64,000 nucleotides of DNA. It comes from an uncultured delta proteobacterium. Lineage in GTDB: Bacteria > Desulfobacterota > Binatia > UBA9968. A program made the position numbers and the translations under genes. Below, in pieces: positions 1-8,941 of the stretch; within the stretch, counting starts at the first letter, position 1, and every line of letters begins with the position of its first letter. Under the pieces are notes generated by a model. It was not told the origin of the DNA. It saw only the letters and a program-made list of their open reading frames with translations, and made no database searches. The stretch lies in NCBI GenBank assembly GCA_963727625.1, contig CAVSHR010000009.1, positions 96,001 through 160,000 on the forward strand, given 5' to 3'.

Positions 1-259
1 CCACCGACGCTTTGCCCTCGGCCAAAAGCTTGAGCTCGCGAAAACTGTCGGCCGCAAAGGCGAGCGAAATACAATCTCCCTGCTTACCTCTGGGCGACAA
101 AGATAGCTTCAAGTAATAACCGAGACGTGAATCGGTCTGCAACACGCCCTCGGCGGCCCGCCGCGTCCGGTGGGACAACGAAGTGTCATACAGGCCGGAA
201 GCCAACTCCAAAAAACCCTTTACCCGTTGAATGGCCGAATTGTAGCGTCGTTTGGTCAC
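1..259 (-). CDS. 5' part of a gene running off the window; possibly a TAXI/TRAP-like solute-binding protein
   Basis: AAGGAG then GTG at 259; frame MTKRRYNSAIQRVKGFLELASGLYD...SFRELKLLAEGKASV stays open to base 1; product is a tentative recollection. Confidence 0.4.
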   Translation of the reverse strand, partial: MTKRRYNSAIQRVKGFLELASGLYDTSLSHRTRRAAEGVLQTDSRLGYYLKLSLSPRGKQGDCISLAFAADSFRELKLLAEGKASV

Positions 260-552
260 AGCAGGGCTCCTTGCGATAAATTGCTTGTTGAAAAAGTGGT
301 TGCAGCGATGCGTTTTTAATTTACCTATGTGATTGGAAGCCGATTTGTCAACGAGCAACCGGCGCCTTGTCGTCTTTACGCGGGCTAAAGCTCGAAACAA
401 GAAACTAAAAATGGCAGGACGAGAAACTTTTTCGGCGAGAATGTTAATTTGGCAATCGGTATTGAAGCGCGGCGACGACCCCGAACCAATAGCGAATTTT
501 CATAGGCGCTCTCGTTCCCTCTCAGTTGATTTCGGTCAATAGCCGGCGCGTT

Positions 553-1269
553 TCACCGGTTCGGCAATACCGATTCGAGTAAACGCAAGTCGATTTCCCT
601 CTCGATCAAATCCACCGGGTCGTATTTTTCGCCCGCTGGCGTTTCAACGAACGGCAGTTCCCCCAGGCAAGGCACTCCGGTCAATCCGAACAAAACCTCG
701 CGATTGGTCGCCGCAGCGAGCGAGGTTTCGCCGGCGAGATGATTGAGCACAAAGCCGAGCACGCTCAAGGCCTTGCAGCTCGCGTGCTCCAAGGTCAGCA
801 AGAGATGGTTGATAACGCCGAGCCGATTGGCTGCGACGACCAGCGCCGGCAGTTTCAAGACCCGGGCAAAATCGGCGTAGGTGTAGCTCGGCAGGAGCGG
901 CACCATCAGGCCACCGGCGCCTTCGACCAGCGTGATGTCATTCCGCGCGCGGATATCATCATAAACCATGCGCAAATGATCGACATCAATTCTCACCCCC
1001 GCTCTTTCGGCGGCGATGCTCGGCGCCAGCGGTGCCGGTAGGCGGTAAGGGCAGATCGTTTCGATGGGATCGGCTGAGCCCGAAGCGTCTTTGAGAGCCA
1101 TCGCGTCTTGCGGAATTAAATTACCGTCGATTTCTCGACAACCGGTCTCCGCCGGTTTCATGACGCCGACGCGATAGCCGCAGGCGCGCAAATAGGCCGC
1201 CAGCGCCGCCGCGACAAAAGTCTTGCCCACGCCGGTGTCCGTGCCGGTGATGAAGATTCCCTTGCCCAT
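553..1269 (-). CDS. bioD: dethiobiotin synthase
   Basis: GIFITGTDTGVGKT P-loop, MKPAETG, VEGAGG, RLGVINH; ATG at 1269 overlaps the bioA stop. Confidence 0.95.
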   Translation of the reverse strand: MGKGIFITGTDTGVGKTFVAAALAAYLRACGYRVGVMKPAETGCREIDGNLIPQDAMALKDASGSADPIETICPYRLPAPLAPSIAAERAGVRIDVDHLRMVYDDIRARNDITLVEGAGGLMVPLLPSYTYADFARVLKLPALVVAANRLGVINHLLLTLEHASCKALSVLGFVLNHLAGETSLAAATNREVLFGLTGVPCLGELPFVETPAGEKYDPVDLIEREIDLRLLESVLPNR

Positions 1270-2627
1270 CAACTTTCCGTCACGGCGAGGATGGAGTCGT
1301 AGACGACGCCGAGCAGCGCCGTCAGTTCGTCGTCGGTAATCGACAGCGGCGGCATCAAGATGATGATATCGCCAAGCGGCCGCACCATGACGCTGCGTTT
1401 GCGCGCTTCAAGAATGACTTTGTGGCCGACGCGCCGCTCCGGCGCGTAACTCCGGCGCGCAACTTTGTCTTCGACCAGCTCGATGCCGACCATATAGCCC
1501 CACTGGCGCGCGTCGCTCACCTGCGGCAGGGCGAGAAAATCGTTGTGCAGCCGGCTCTGTAATAAAGCGATGCGCGGCTGCATCTTTCCCAGCACGTCGT
1601 CGCGCTCGAACAGTTCCAGGTTGGCGATCGCGGCGGCGCAGCCGAGCGGATTGCCCGTGTAGGTATGGCCGTGGAAAAAGGTTTTGAATTCCTTGTACTC
1701 GCCCAGGAAGGCGGTAAAGATCTCTTCCGTGGTCAGGGTCGCGGCCAGCGGCAAATAACCGCCGGTGATCCCCTTCGCCAGGCAGAGAATATCCGGCGAC
1801 ACGCCGGCATGCTCGCAGGCAAACATCTTACCGGTGCGGCCAAAGCCGGTGGCGACTTCATCGAGGATAAATAGAATGCCGTGGCGCCGGCAAACCTCGC
1901 TCAACGCCTGCACATAGCCGACCGGCTGGGACCACATGCCGGCTGCGCCTTGCATCAGCGGCTCCATCACCAGCGCCGCCAGCGTGTGCCGGTTTTCCGC
2001 AAGCTTTTCCTCTGCCTCTTTGATCGCCTCGGCGAGGGCGTCCTCATCGCTCTTTCCCTGGTAATAACGGAAAACATGCGGCGGCGTCAGGCGCAGCACC
2101 GGGAACAACAGGCTTTTGTAAAAGCGATGAAAGGTTTCCGAATAACCCATGCTCATCGAGCCCACCGTGTCGCCGTGGTAGGACTCCGCCAAGGAGGCGA
2201 TCTGCGTGCGCTTGGCTTCGCCTTTGAGCTGCCAGTACTGCACCGCCATCTTCATGGCGATCTCGACGGCGGTGGCGCCGCTATCGGAGTAAAATACCCG
2301 CTTCAGTCCTTGGGGAGCGATCTCGATCAGTTTTTCCGCGAGCTGGATGCCAGGCACATGGCTGAGTCCGAGGAAAGTCGAATGGGCGATGCGTTCGAGC
2401 TGGGCGCGGACGGCGTCATCGATCTCCTGCTTGCAATGGCCATGGACATTGCACCAGAGCGAGGAAACTCCGTCCAAGTACTTTCGTCCCTGCACATCGA
2501 TCAAAAAATGGCCGTCGCCGCGGCTGATGATGCACGGCTCCTCGTCCATCCACTCCTGCATCTGGGTGAACGGGTGCCAGAGAAAACTATGGTCGAGCTG
2601 TTTTAACTTTTCGTGAAAGGTCGTCAT
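1269..2627 (-). CDS. bioA: adenosylmethionine-8-amino-7-oxononanoate transaminase
   Basis: LWHPFTQM, SSLWCNVHGH, DEVATGFGRTG, AKGITGGYLP, HGHTYTGNP. Confidence 0.95.
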   Translation of the reverse strand: MTTFHEKLKQLDHSFLWHPFTQMQEWMDEEPCIISRGDGHFLIDVQGRKYLDGVSSLWCNVHGHCKQEIDDAVRAQLERIAHSTFLGLSHVPGIQLAEKLIEIAPQGLKRVFYSDSGATAVEIAMKMAVQYWQLKGEAKRTQIASLAESYHGDTVGSMSMGYSETFHRFYKSLLFPVLRLTPPHVFRYYQGKSDEDALAEAIKEAEEKLAENRHTLAALVMEPLMQGAAGMWSQPVGYVQALSEVCRRHGILFILDEVATGFGRTGKMFACEHAGVSPDILCLAKGITGGYLPLAATLTTEEIFTAFLGEYKEFKTFFHGHTYTGNPLGCAAAIANLELFERDDVLGKMQPRIALLQSRLHNDFLALPQVSDARQWGYMVGIELVEDKVARRSYAPERRVGHKVILEARKRSVMVRPLGDIIILMPPLSITDDELTALLGVVYDSILAVTES

Positions 2628-3787
2628 GCCGTCTCTCTTATTTCCTTGAACGCATCGAGTGCTTTTTCAATCTGCTCCGGGGTATGCGTCGCCATCAGCG
2701 TAATGCGCAAACGCGACGTGCCGAGCGGCACCGTCGGCGGACGAATACCCTGGGCGAAGATGCCCTTTTGCAAAAGCAGTTCGGAGAATCGCATGGTTTT
2801 CTCGGCGTCGCCGATGATCAGCGGCACGATCGGACTGTCGCCCGCGGCGAGCGAAAAACCCAAACTTCGCAACCCCTCTTTGAGCCTGCGACAGTTGCTG
2901 AATAATTGTTCCCGCCGCTCGGGCTCGCGCCGCACCAAGTCGATCGCCGCCAGCGCCATCGCCATCACCGCCGGCGGCAGCGCGGTTGTATAGATAAAAC
3001 TGCGGCAGCGATTAATCAAAAGCTCGCGCAACGCCCGGCTGCCGGCCACGTAGGCGCCGAAGCCGCCAAGCGCCTTGCCCAGAGTGCCCATCTGGACCAG
3101 CACGCGCTCGCCCAATCCCAACTGCGCCACGACTCCGGCGCCATTGGCGGCGAAAATACCCGTTGCGTGGGCTCCATCGACCATCACCATCGCGCCGTAA
3201 TTCTCGGACAACTCGACGATTTCTTTTAGCGGCGCCTGATCGCCGTCCATGCTGAAGATCGACTCGGTAACGATCAATTTCCGCCGTGCATGCGCCGCTT
3301 GCTCGAGTCCGGCTTCGAGCTTATCGAGGTCGCAATGATCATAAACCAGCGTCTTGGCTCGCGCCAGGCGACAGCCGTCGATGATGCTCGCGTGATTGAA
3401 CGCGTCGCTAAAGATTACGTCACCTTCGCCGGTGAGTGTCGAGAGAATACCGATGTTGGCCTGAAAGCCGGAGTTGAACACCAGCGCCGCTTCGGTGCCT
3501 TTGAATGCCGCCAGGCGATTCTCCAGTTGCTCGTGCAGGGTCATGTTGCCGGAGATCAACCGCGACGCGCCCGAGCCGCAGCCGTAGCGGTCGATGGCTT
3601 CCTTGGCGGCCGCGGCCAAGGCGGGATGATTGGCGATGCCGAGATAATTGTTCGAGGAAAAATTGATCACCTCGCGCCCGTCGAGCCAAAGCGTCGGCCC
3701 TTGAGCGTTTTCCACCCGGCGCAAACGGCGATACAGACCGGCAGCTTTGATCTGCTCCAACTCACTCTCGAACCAACCTGGCGACAT
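2624..3787 (-). CDS. bioF: 8-amino-7-oxononanoate synthase
   Basis: NFSSNNYLG, GSGASRLISG, FSMDGD, GTLGKALG, IRPPTVP; first gene of bioF-A-D. Confidence 0.93.
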   Translation of the reverse strand: MSPGWFESELEQIKAAGLYRRLRRVENAQGPTLWLDGREVINFSSNNYLGIANHPALAAAAKEAIDRYGCGSGASRLISGNMTLHEQLENRLAAFKGTEAALVFNSGFQANIGILSTLTGEGDVIFSDAFNHASIIDGCRLARAKTLVYDHCDLDKLEAGLEQAAHARRKLIVTESIFSMDGDQAPLKEIVELSENYGAMVMVDGAHATGIFAANGAGVVAQLGLGERVLVQMGTLGKALGGFGAYVAGSRALRELLINRCRSFIYTTALPPAVMAMALAAIDLVRREPERREQLFSNCRRLKEGLRSLGFSLAAGDSPIVPLIIGDAEKTMRFSELLLQKGIFAQGIRPPTVPLGTSRLRITLMATHTPEQIEKALDAFKEIRETA

Positions 3788-3876
3788 CGCTCAAGGATTA
3801 TTGCATCAACGGTTCAATTATCAACCGGGGCGGAACCGCTACAGCGGCGCACCGTTTCCTGTTATAAGAAACAAAC

Positions 3877-5247
3877 ATGGCCAAGGCTAAAACCATCTTT
3901 GCTTGCCAGTCTTGCGGCTTTCAATCGCCCAAGTGGCTCGGCAAATGCCCCGACTGTAATCAATGGAACACCTTCGCCGAGGAACGATTGGAAAGAGCCG
4001 CGACGCCGCGCGGCGAATTGAGCTTGGGCACCAAGGAGGATCCGGCGCCGATCCACGCGATCGACATGGCCGAAGAAGGGCGCGTGCTCTCGGGCATCGG
4101 CGAGTTCGATCGCGTGCTCGGTGGCGGCCTGGTGCCCGGCTCGGTGATCCTGATCGGCGGCGATCCCGGCATCGGCAAGTCGACGTTGCTGCTCCAAGCC
4201 TTCGCCGCCGTCAGTCAACAGGGGCTGACCTGCCTCTATGTCTCCGGCGAAGAATCGCCGCGTCAAATCAAAATGCGCGCGGAACGGCTCGGCATCGACG
4301 CGCCCAATCTCCTGGTGCTGAGCGAAACTTCGCTGGAAAGAATTCTCGACCACCTCAAGAAGATCAAACCCGGCCTGCTGGTCATCGACTCGGTGCAAAC
4401 GATTTTTTCCACGGCGATCCCTTCGGCGCCCGGCAGCATTGCCCAGGTCAGAGAAGCCTCCGGCTCGATCATCGTGCTGGCAAAAAAAACCGGGCTCACG
4501 ACCTTTTTGATCGGCCACGTCACTAAAGACGGCGCCATCGCCGGGCCGCGCCTGCTCGAGCACATGGTCGACACGGTGCTCTATTTCGAAGGCGACCGCG
4601 GCCACAGCTTTCGGATTCTCCGCGCGGTTAAAAACCGCTTCGGCTCGACCAACGAGATCGGTGTGTTCGAAATGAAGGAAGCGGGACTCAAAGAAGTCAG
4701 CAACCCGTCGGAAATTTTTCTGATGGAGCGGCCCCTGGCGGTGCCCGGTTCGGCGGTGGTCTGCAGCATGGAAGGGACCCGGCCGATTTTGGTCGAGTTG
4801 CAAGCCCTGGTCAGCCGTTCTTTTTTAGCCGTGCCGCGGCGCACGACCATCGGCGTCGATCACAACCGCGTCGCCTTGCTCGTTGCCGTTTTAGAGAAGA
4901 AGATGGGCGCCAAGCTCTTCGATCAGGATATTTTCGTCAACGTCGCCGGCGGCGTCCACGTCGACGAGCCGGCGGTCGACCTCGGCATCGTCACAGCGAT
5001 CGCGTCGAGCAGCCGGGAAAACGTGCTCGACGCCAAGACAGTCTTTTTCGGCGAAGTCGGCCTCGCCGGCGAAATTCGCGGCATATCCCAGGCCGAGGCG
5101 CGCGTCAAAGAAGCCGGTAAACTCGGCTTCGAACGCTGCATCTTGCCGTCGAGCAACATTCCGCAATTGAAGCATGTCAAGCATCCCAGCCTCGCCGGCG
5201 TCAGCTCGCTCAGCGAATGCTGGAAGCTGCTGTTCAAAAAGGACTGA
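3877..5247 (+). CDS. radA: DNA repair protein RadA/Sms
   Basis: N-terminal C4 zinc finger, GGDPGIGKST, KNRFG motif, Lon-like C-terminus. Confidence 0.97.
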   Translation: MAKAKTIFACQSCGFQSPKWLGKCPDCNQWNTFAEERLERAATPRGELSLGTKEDPAPIHAIDMAEEGRVLSGIGEFDRVLGGGLVPGSVILIGGDPGIGKSTLLLQAFAAVSQQGLTCLYVSGEESPRQIKMRAERLGIDAPNLLVLSETSLERILDHLKKIKPGLLVIDSVQTIFSTAIPSAPGSIAQVREASGSIIVLAKKTGLTTFLIGHVTKDGAIAGPRLLEHMVDTVLYFEGDRGHSFRILRAVKNRFGSTNEIGVFEMKEAGLKEVSNPSEIFLMERPLAVPGSAVVCSMEGTRPILVELQALVSRSFLAVPRRTTIGVDHNRVALLVAVLEKKMGAKLFDQDIFVNVAGGVHVDEPAVDLGIVTAIASSSRENVLDAKTVFFGEVGLAGEIRGISQAEARVKEAGKLGFERCILPSSNIPQLKHVKHPSLAGVSSLSECWKLLFKKD

Positions 5248-5330
5248 GTTGCTCAGGACTGAGGGCTGAGTTTGGCAAAAGCTGCTCAAACCTCGGTTGT
5301 CAGCACGTAGTCCTCGTTACTCAGTCCTGA
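5240..5330. repeat. inverted arrays of degenerate 7-mer repeats
   Basis: ggactgag..aggactgagggctgagt faces tcagcac gtagtcc tcgttac tcagtcc. Confidence 0.55.
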
Positions 5331-5384
5331 CCGACCTTGCTCTTGAAACCTGCGCCGTGGTTGGTTATCAATTAAAACTCTCGT

Positions 5385-5470
5385 GCCGGAGTGGTGGAAT
5401 GGCAGACGCGCCGGACTCAAAATCCGGTAGGGGAAACCCTGTGCGGGTTCAAGTCCCGCCTCCGGCACCA
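5385..5470 (+). tRNA. tRNA-Leu(CAA)
   Basis: GCCGGAG acceptor, GGAATGGCAGAC D-loop, CCGGA-CTCAAAA-TCCGG anticodon arm, long variable arm, GGTTCAAGTCC, encoded CCA. Confidence 0.97.
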
Positions 5471-5724
5471 CTTCCCTCTGATCTTACCCGACCTTTCTTT
5501 TTTGATAGGTGTTCGCTGAGTCAGCCGGCGGCGTGCCGTTCGACCATGAGACAATTGATGCACCCTTTACCTGAAGTGGAGGCGTCTCCGAGTACAAGAA
5601 AGGAACGTAATCCCTCGAATGCTCACGCTCAGCCCACCACGCACCAAGCGAATCCAGCCCTCGCGACGAATTGACAATGACCAAGATAATGCACAACTCA
5701 GGCCTGACCCCTCTGCGACACACT

Positions 5725-5950
5725 AAAGCAGGAGTGCTACGGTGAACCCCGCGTTTGATCTGTTGTTCGGTGAGCATAGCAAACCAACGCTCGACCAGAT
5801 TGAGCCAGGAGCCGCTAGTGGGAGTGAAGTGCAGATGAAAACGCGGACGCTTGGCCAGCCAGCGGTGAATCAGCGCCATTTTGTGAGTTCCATAGTTGTC
5901 GAGAATCAGATGGACTTCAAGATGAGTAGGGACCTGAGTATCAATGGCTA
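5725..5950 (-). pseudogene. IS630-family transposase fragment
   Basis: VHLILDNYGTHK...LHFTPTSGSWLNLVERWF...IKRGVHRS; truncated at both ends. Confidence 0.85.
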
Positions 5951-6082
5951 GGGTTTATTGTTTCCAAAATGTTTCCACCCTAACTGAACTAAACCATAGG
6001 GACGGCCTTCCCCCCTGCTCATTTGCCCTGTTTTTGTTGCTTTTTTTCTGGTTGAGCTGAGTCCGGAAGTCGGCTAGTGTTT

Positions 6083-6127
6083 TTCGTAATCAGTAGGTCG
6101 CCGGTTCGACTCCGGCGGGTGGCTCCA
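6083..6127 (+). pseudogene. 3' half of tRNA-Thr(CGT), att-site relic
   Basis: TTCGTAATCAGTAGGTCGCCGGTTCGACTCCGGCGGGTGGCTCCA has the anticodon loop, T-arm and CCA; no 5' half upstream. Confidence 0.8.
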
Positions 6128-6275
6128 GTCTTTTCCACTTTCAATTTCGACGGTTAGCACGTTCACTAAAATCCGATCAGAAGGCTCCAGCGGGTCATTG
6201 TAACGGTTTTGTAACGCTGGTGCCTGCTCGGGAGGCGAAAATCGACACCTGCTGGGTCAAAAGGCACATCGGTCA

Positions 6276-6647
6276 TTGATAATTGGATTTAACGGTTGTA
6301 ATTCCCCTGACCGTGCGTGTATAAAATTGACCGCGCCAAGGCTCGACGAAGGTTACAAAAGGGTCGTGTTTAAATTTTCGATGCCGCTATTCATTATTGA
6401 GATTTGGAGCGGATTTAGGCCGTTTCTTATTAAGATCACCATTGATTTTCTCGTAACTGCGAGTTTTTGGATAGGGCTATACCTTTTTAAAATCATGGCA
6501 CATAATATGCCTATACCTGAGCTGGCTGGAAAATTAGTCGTTTACATTCATGCGACGGGAACTGTAGCTGCTGTAGCAATCTTTATGTGGTATTCGATAA
6601 CAGATATAATAGAAATCAAAACAACCAAAATATTATGCCTCGCTTAG
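6276..6647 (+). CDS. small membrane protein, unknown; real start probably GTG 6366 or ATG 6381
   Basis: low-GC ORF with two hydrophobic segments. Confidence 0.5.
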   Translation: MIIGFNGCNSPDRACIKLTAPRLDEGYKRVVFKFSMPLFIIEIWSGFRPFLIKITIDFLVTASFWIGLYLFKIMAHNMPIPELAGKLVVYIHATGTVAAVAIFMWYSITDIIEIKTTKILCLA

Positions 6648-7270
6648 TAAGTTTTACAAAATTTTCAAGAGAATTGTCGAACAGTGTGGCACTGAAAGCT
6701 GGCTTGACTGGCTTTACAATTATCTCTGTGTGCGTTCCAGCGGCAATTTTACTGACCTTCGGTTTTCAGGAGCGTTACGTACTAACTGGAGTTTTAGCGG
6801 CAATTATCCCTTCTCAATATCTAGCGTTCTGTTTTTTAGAGAGTCTTGGCTACTCCACAACACACACTGTTAAGAAGGTCGAAATTCCTGCACCTCTACA
6901 TGAGAGTCCATTATTGCATGCCAATTGGAAACCCTTAACCGGTCAACTGAATAATTGGACATTCGATTTAGTTATTCAGGTTCAGTTGAGGCAACTAAAG
7001 CAGAAGGAAACCGACCAACTGAGAGAAATATTGATGCAAAAGTGGAAAAAGGACGTGCTTAACCTGACTCCGATATTGCAGAAGCCGTTGTTGGAAATTG
7101 TAGACGATTTCACGAGACCTGAAGAGAAATCAATCCAAACCGTAGAATTTAATGACGTCACTAAAATGTCTGCCGGACTGTCTGTAAGTGAGCTCAACCC
7201 ATTTACATCGTTGGATCCAGTAATTCGACTTCAACGAGCACCGTTTGAGCCGGACAATTCGTTTTCGTAA
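6635..7270 (+). CDS. hypothetical protein with 2 N-terminal TM segments
   Basis: ATG 6635 overlaps the upstream ORF end; hydrophobic stretches AGLTGFTIISVCVPAAILLTFG and YVLTGVLAAIIP. Confidence 0.6.
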   Translation: MPRLVSFTKFSRELSNSVALKAGLTGFTIISVCVPAAILLTFGFQERYVLTGVLAAIIPSQYLAFCFLESLGYSTTHTVKKVEIPAPLHESPLLHANWKPLTGQLNNWTFDLVIQVQLRQLKQKETDQLREILMQKWKKDVLNLTPILQKPLLEIVDDFTRPEEKSIQTVEFNDVTKMSAGLSVSELNPFTSLDPVIRLQRAPFEPDNSFS

Positions 7271-7316
7271 TTTTTTCCGAATTAGAAAAACGGAGCTTAA
7301 CAGGTAGGCTAAACCG

Positions 7317-8018
7317 ATGGTCAATTTCGGAAAAAATACTTATCAGTACGAAATCGTTTACAAATTCGATTGTCTATCGATAGAATTCGTAAACGAACTT
7401 GCAAGGCATTTTGTTGGACCAAAAAAACGCTTCTCGATGATCTCAAAAGATGCGGGCAACAATCATACGATAATGTCTACAGGAGCCGGAACGGAAGTAT
7501 CTCCCTTGTTTCAACTCAGAATAGGGGCAGATAGACTAATTTTTTGGGGCGGCTGGTTTGTTTCGCTTGATCAATGGCATCAACACGTCAACCAATTTCT
7601 TCCGGAAATATCGCAGTTTGTTCGGAACATTCCAGTTGAATTTATAGGAAACTTGACCAGCCAATGTAATTTCGCAGTACCTTCGTCGCGACTTAGACGT
7701 GCGACAACCGTTCCTGAATTGGAGCCGGTTGTCAATTTCTACCAAAAGTTTGTTCCAAAAGAACTTCTAAAGCGGGGTAATTTAGTTATGGCTTTTGCCG
7801 ATGAGCAAGGTCGAGAAGTCTTGAGTTGGGGGGTTGGAGGCGGGGTGCCAGTTGCAGGCCATGAAAACATTGGGTTTACTTTCCGATGGAACACCTTTGA
7901 AGACCAATTAGATCTGAAGAGTGCTTTATTGTCGCATTTTTCGAGGTATGAACGGTTTCTGGAAGATTTCCAAAGAGGTTTTTTATCCCTGATTGTTGAC
8001 GAACATGTTCATAATTAA
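7317..8018 (+). CDS. hypothetical protein (possible distant TIGR04255-like)
   Basis: 233-aa low-GC ORF; segment FQLRIGADRLIF...W loosely recalls that family (tentative). Confidence 0.6.
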   Translation: MVNFGKNTYQYEIVYKFDCLSIEFVNELARHFVGPKKRFSMISKDAGNNHTIMSTGAGTEVSPLFQLRIGADRLIFWGGWFVSLDQWHQHVNQFLPEISQFVRNIPVEFIGNLTSQCNFAVPSSRLRRATTVPELEPVVNFYQKFVPKELLKRGNLVMAFADEQGREVLSWGVGGGVPVAGHENIGFTFRWNTFEDQLDLKSALLSHFSRYERFLEDFQRGFLSLIVDEHVHN

Positions 8019-8097
8019 TCTCATACACCCACCGTTGAAACCGTTTTTGATTTAAACTGAAGGCCTTTTCTTAACAGCACTAGGCAACAAACCCTCC

Positions 8098-8232
8098 TCA
8101 CCGCCCCATCGGTATCACCTTAGCCTTCTGTGTCTCGAGATACAGTTGCATTTTCTCACTGGCAGCCTTCAGATCGTCTTCACTGACAATGTGATACCGA
8201 TCAAAGACCGACCTTGTCCGATGCCCACTGAG
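8098..8232 (-). pseudogene. C-terminal stub of a tyrosine integrase
   Basis: LSGHRTRSVFDRYHIVSEDDL = box II GH...Y; cut off at the RAYT-like element end. Confidence 0.8.
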
Positions 8233-8941
8233 AGAGCAGAAAAGGAGAGCAGAAAAGGGGATAAGTCCAATTTTCTCTACCGCTCCTTGCGAGGTCGGCC
8301 CCGCAAGCGCAATGTGGACTTCAATCCTAAACGTTCCGCGATCCATGGTTGCCAACGTTCGTTCCCGAACGGACGACCTCTCTGAGCCGATAACCTGAGC
8401 GTTTCCAATTCTTGATCTTCGGCTGTCTCGTTTACCAAAGTGAGCCAGTCGGCGGGTCTGGGAATCGGCCATTCGGATAACACCAGTCCGGTTGTCTCCG
8501 CAGTTTTAGTAGCCCGCAAACCGAGACTCGACCATCGCCAATCTTCTGCTCGGTCTACTAATTTGGCTCTCAGTGGATTTTGCTCCACGTATCGGCAGAC
8601 CGAAAGAAAATGGTTGTCGTCCTGGACTGGGAAACTCTTATAGGTGCCTTGATAAAGGTGCCCGTTGCCGACACTATGCCGGTTTAAGTGCCAGCGTCGC
8701 ACATGGGTTGTGGTTAGCCGTTGGACAAACCTTCCTAATTCTCCATCTCGCATCGGCCACAGAACCAAGTGCCAGTGATTCGGCATAATGCAATAGGCCA
8801 AAATTCTAACCGATGTTGTTCTTGCTGTCTCAACGAGAATCCGCTCAAAAGCGTTGTAGTCCTGATTCTTTTCAAAGATCTGTGATCGTGCGTTGCCTCG
8901 ATTGAGTACGTGGAAGATGACATCGCCCGGGGCAACCCTAG

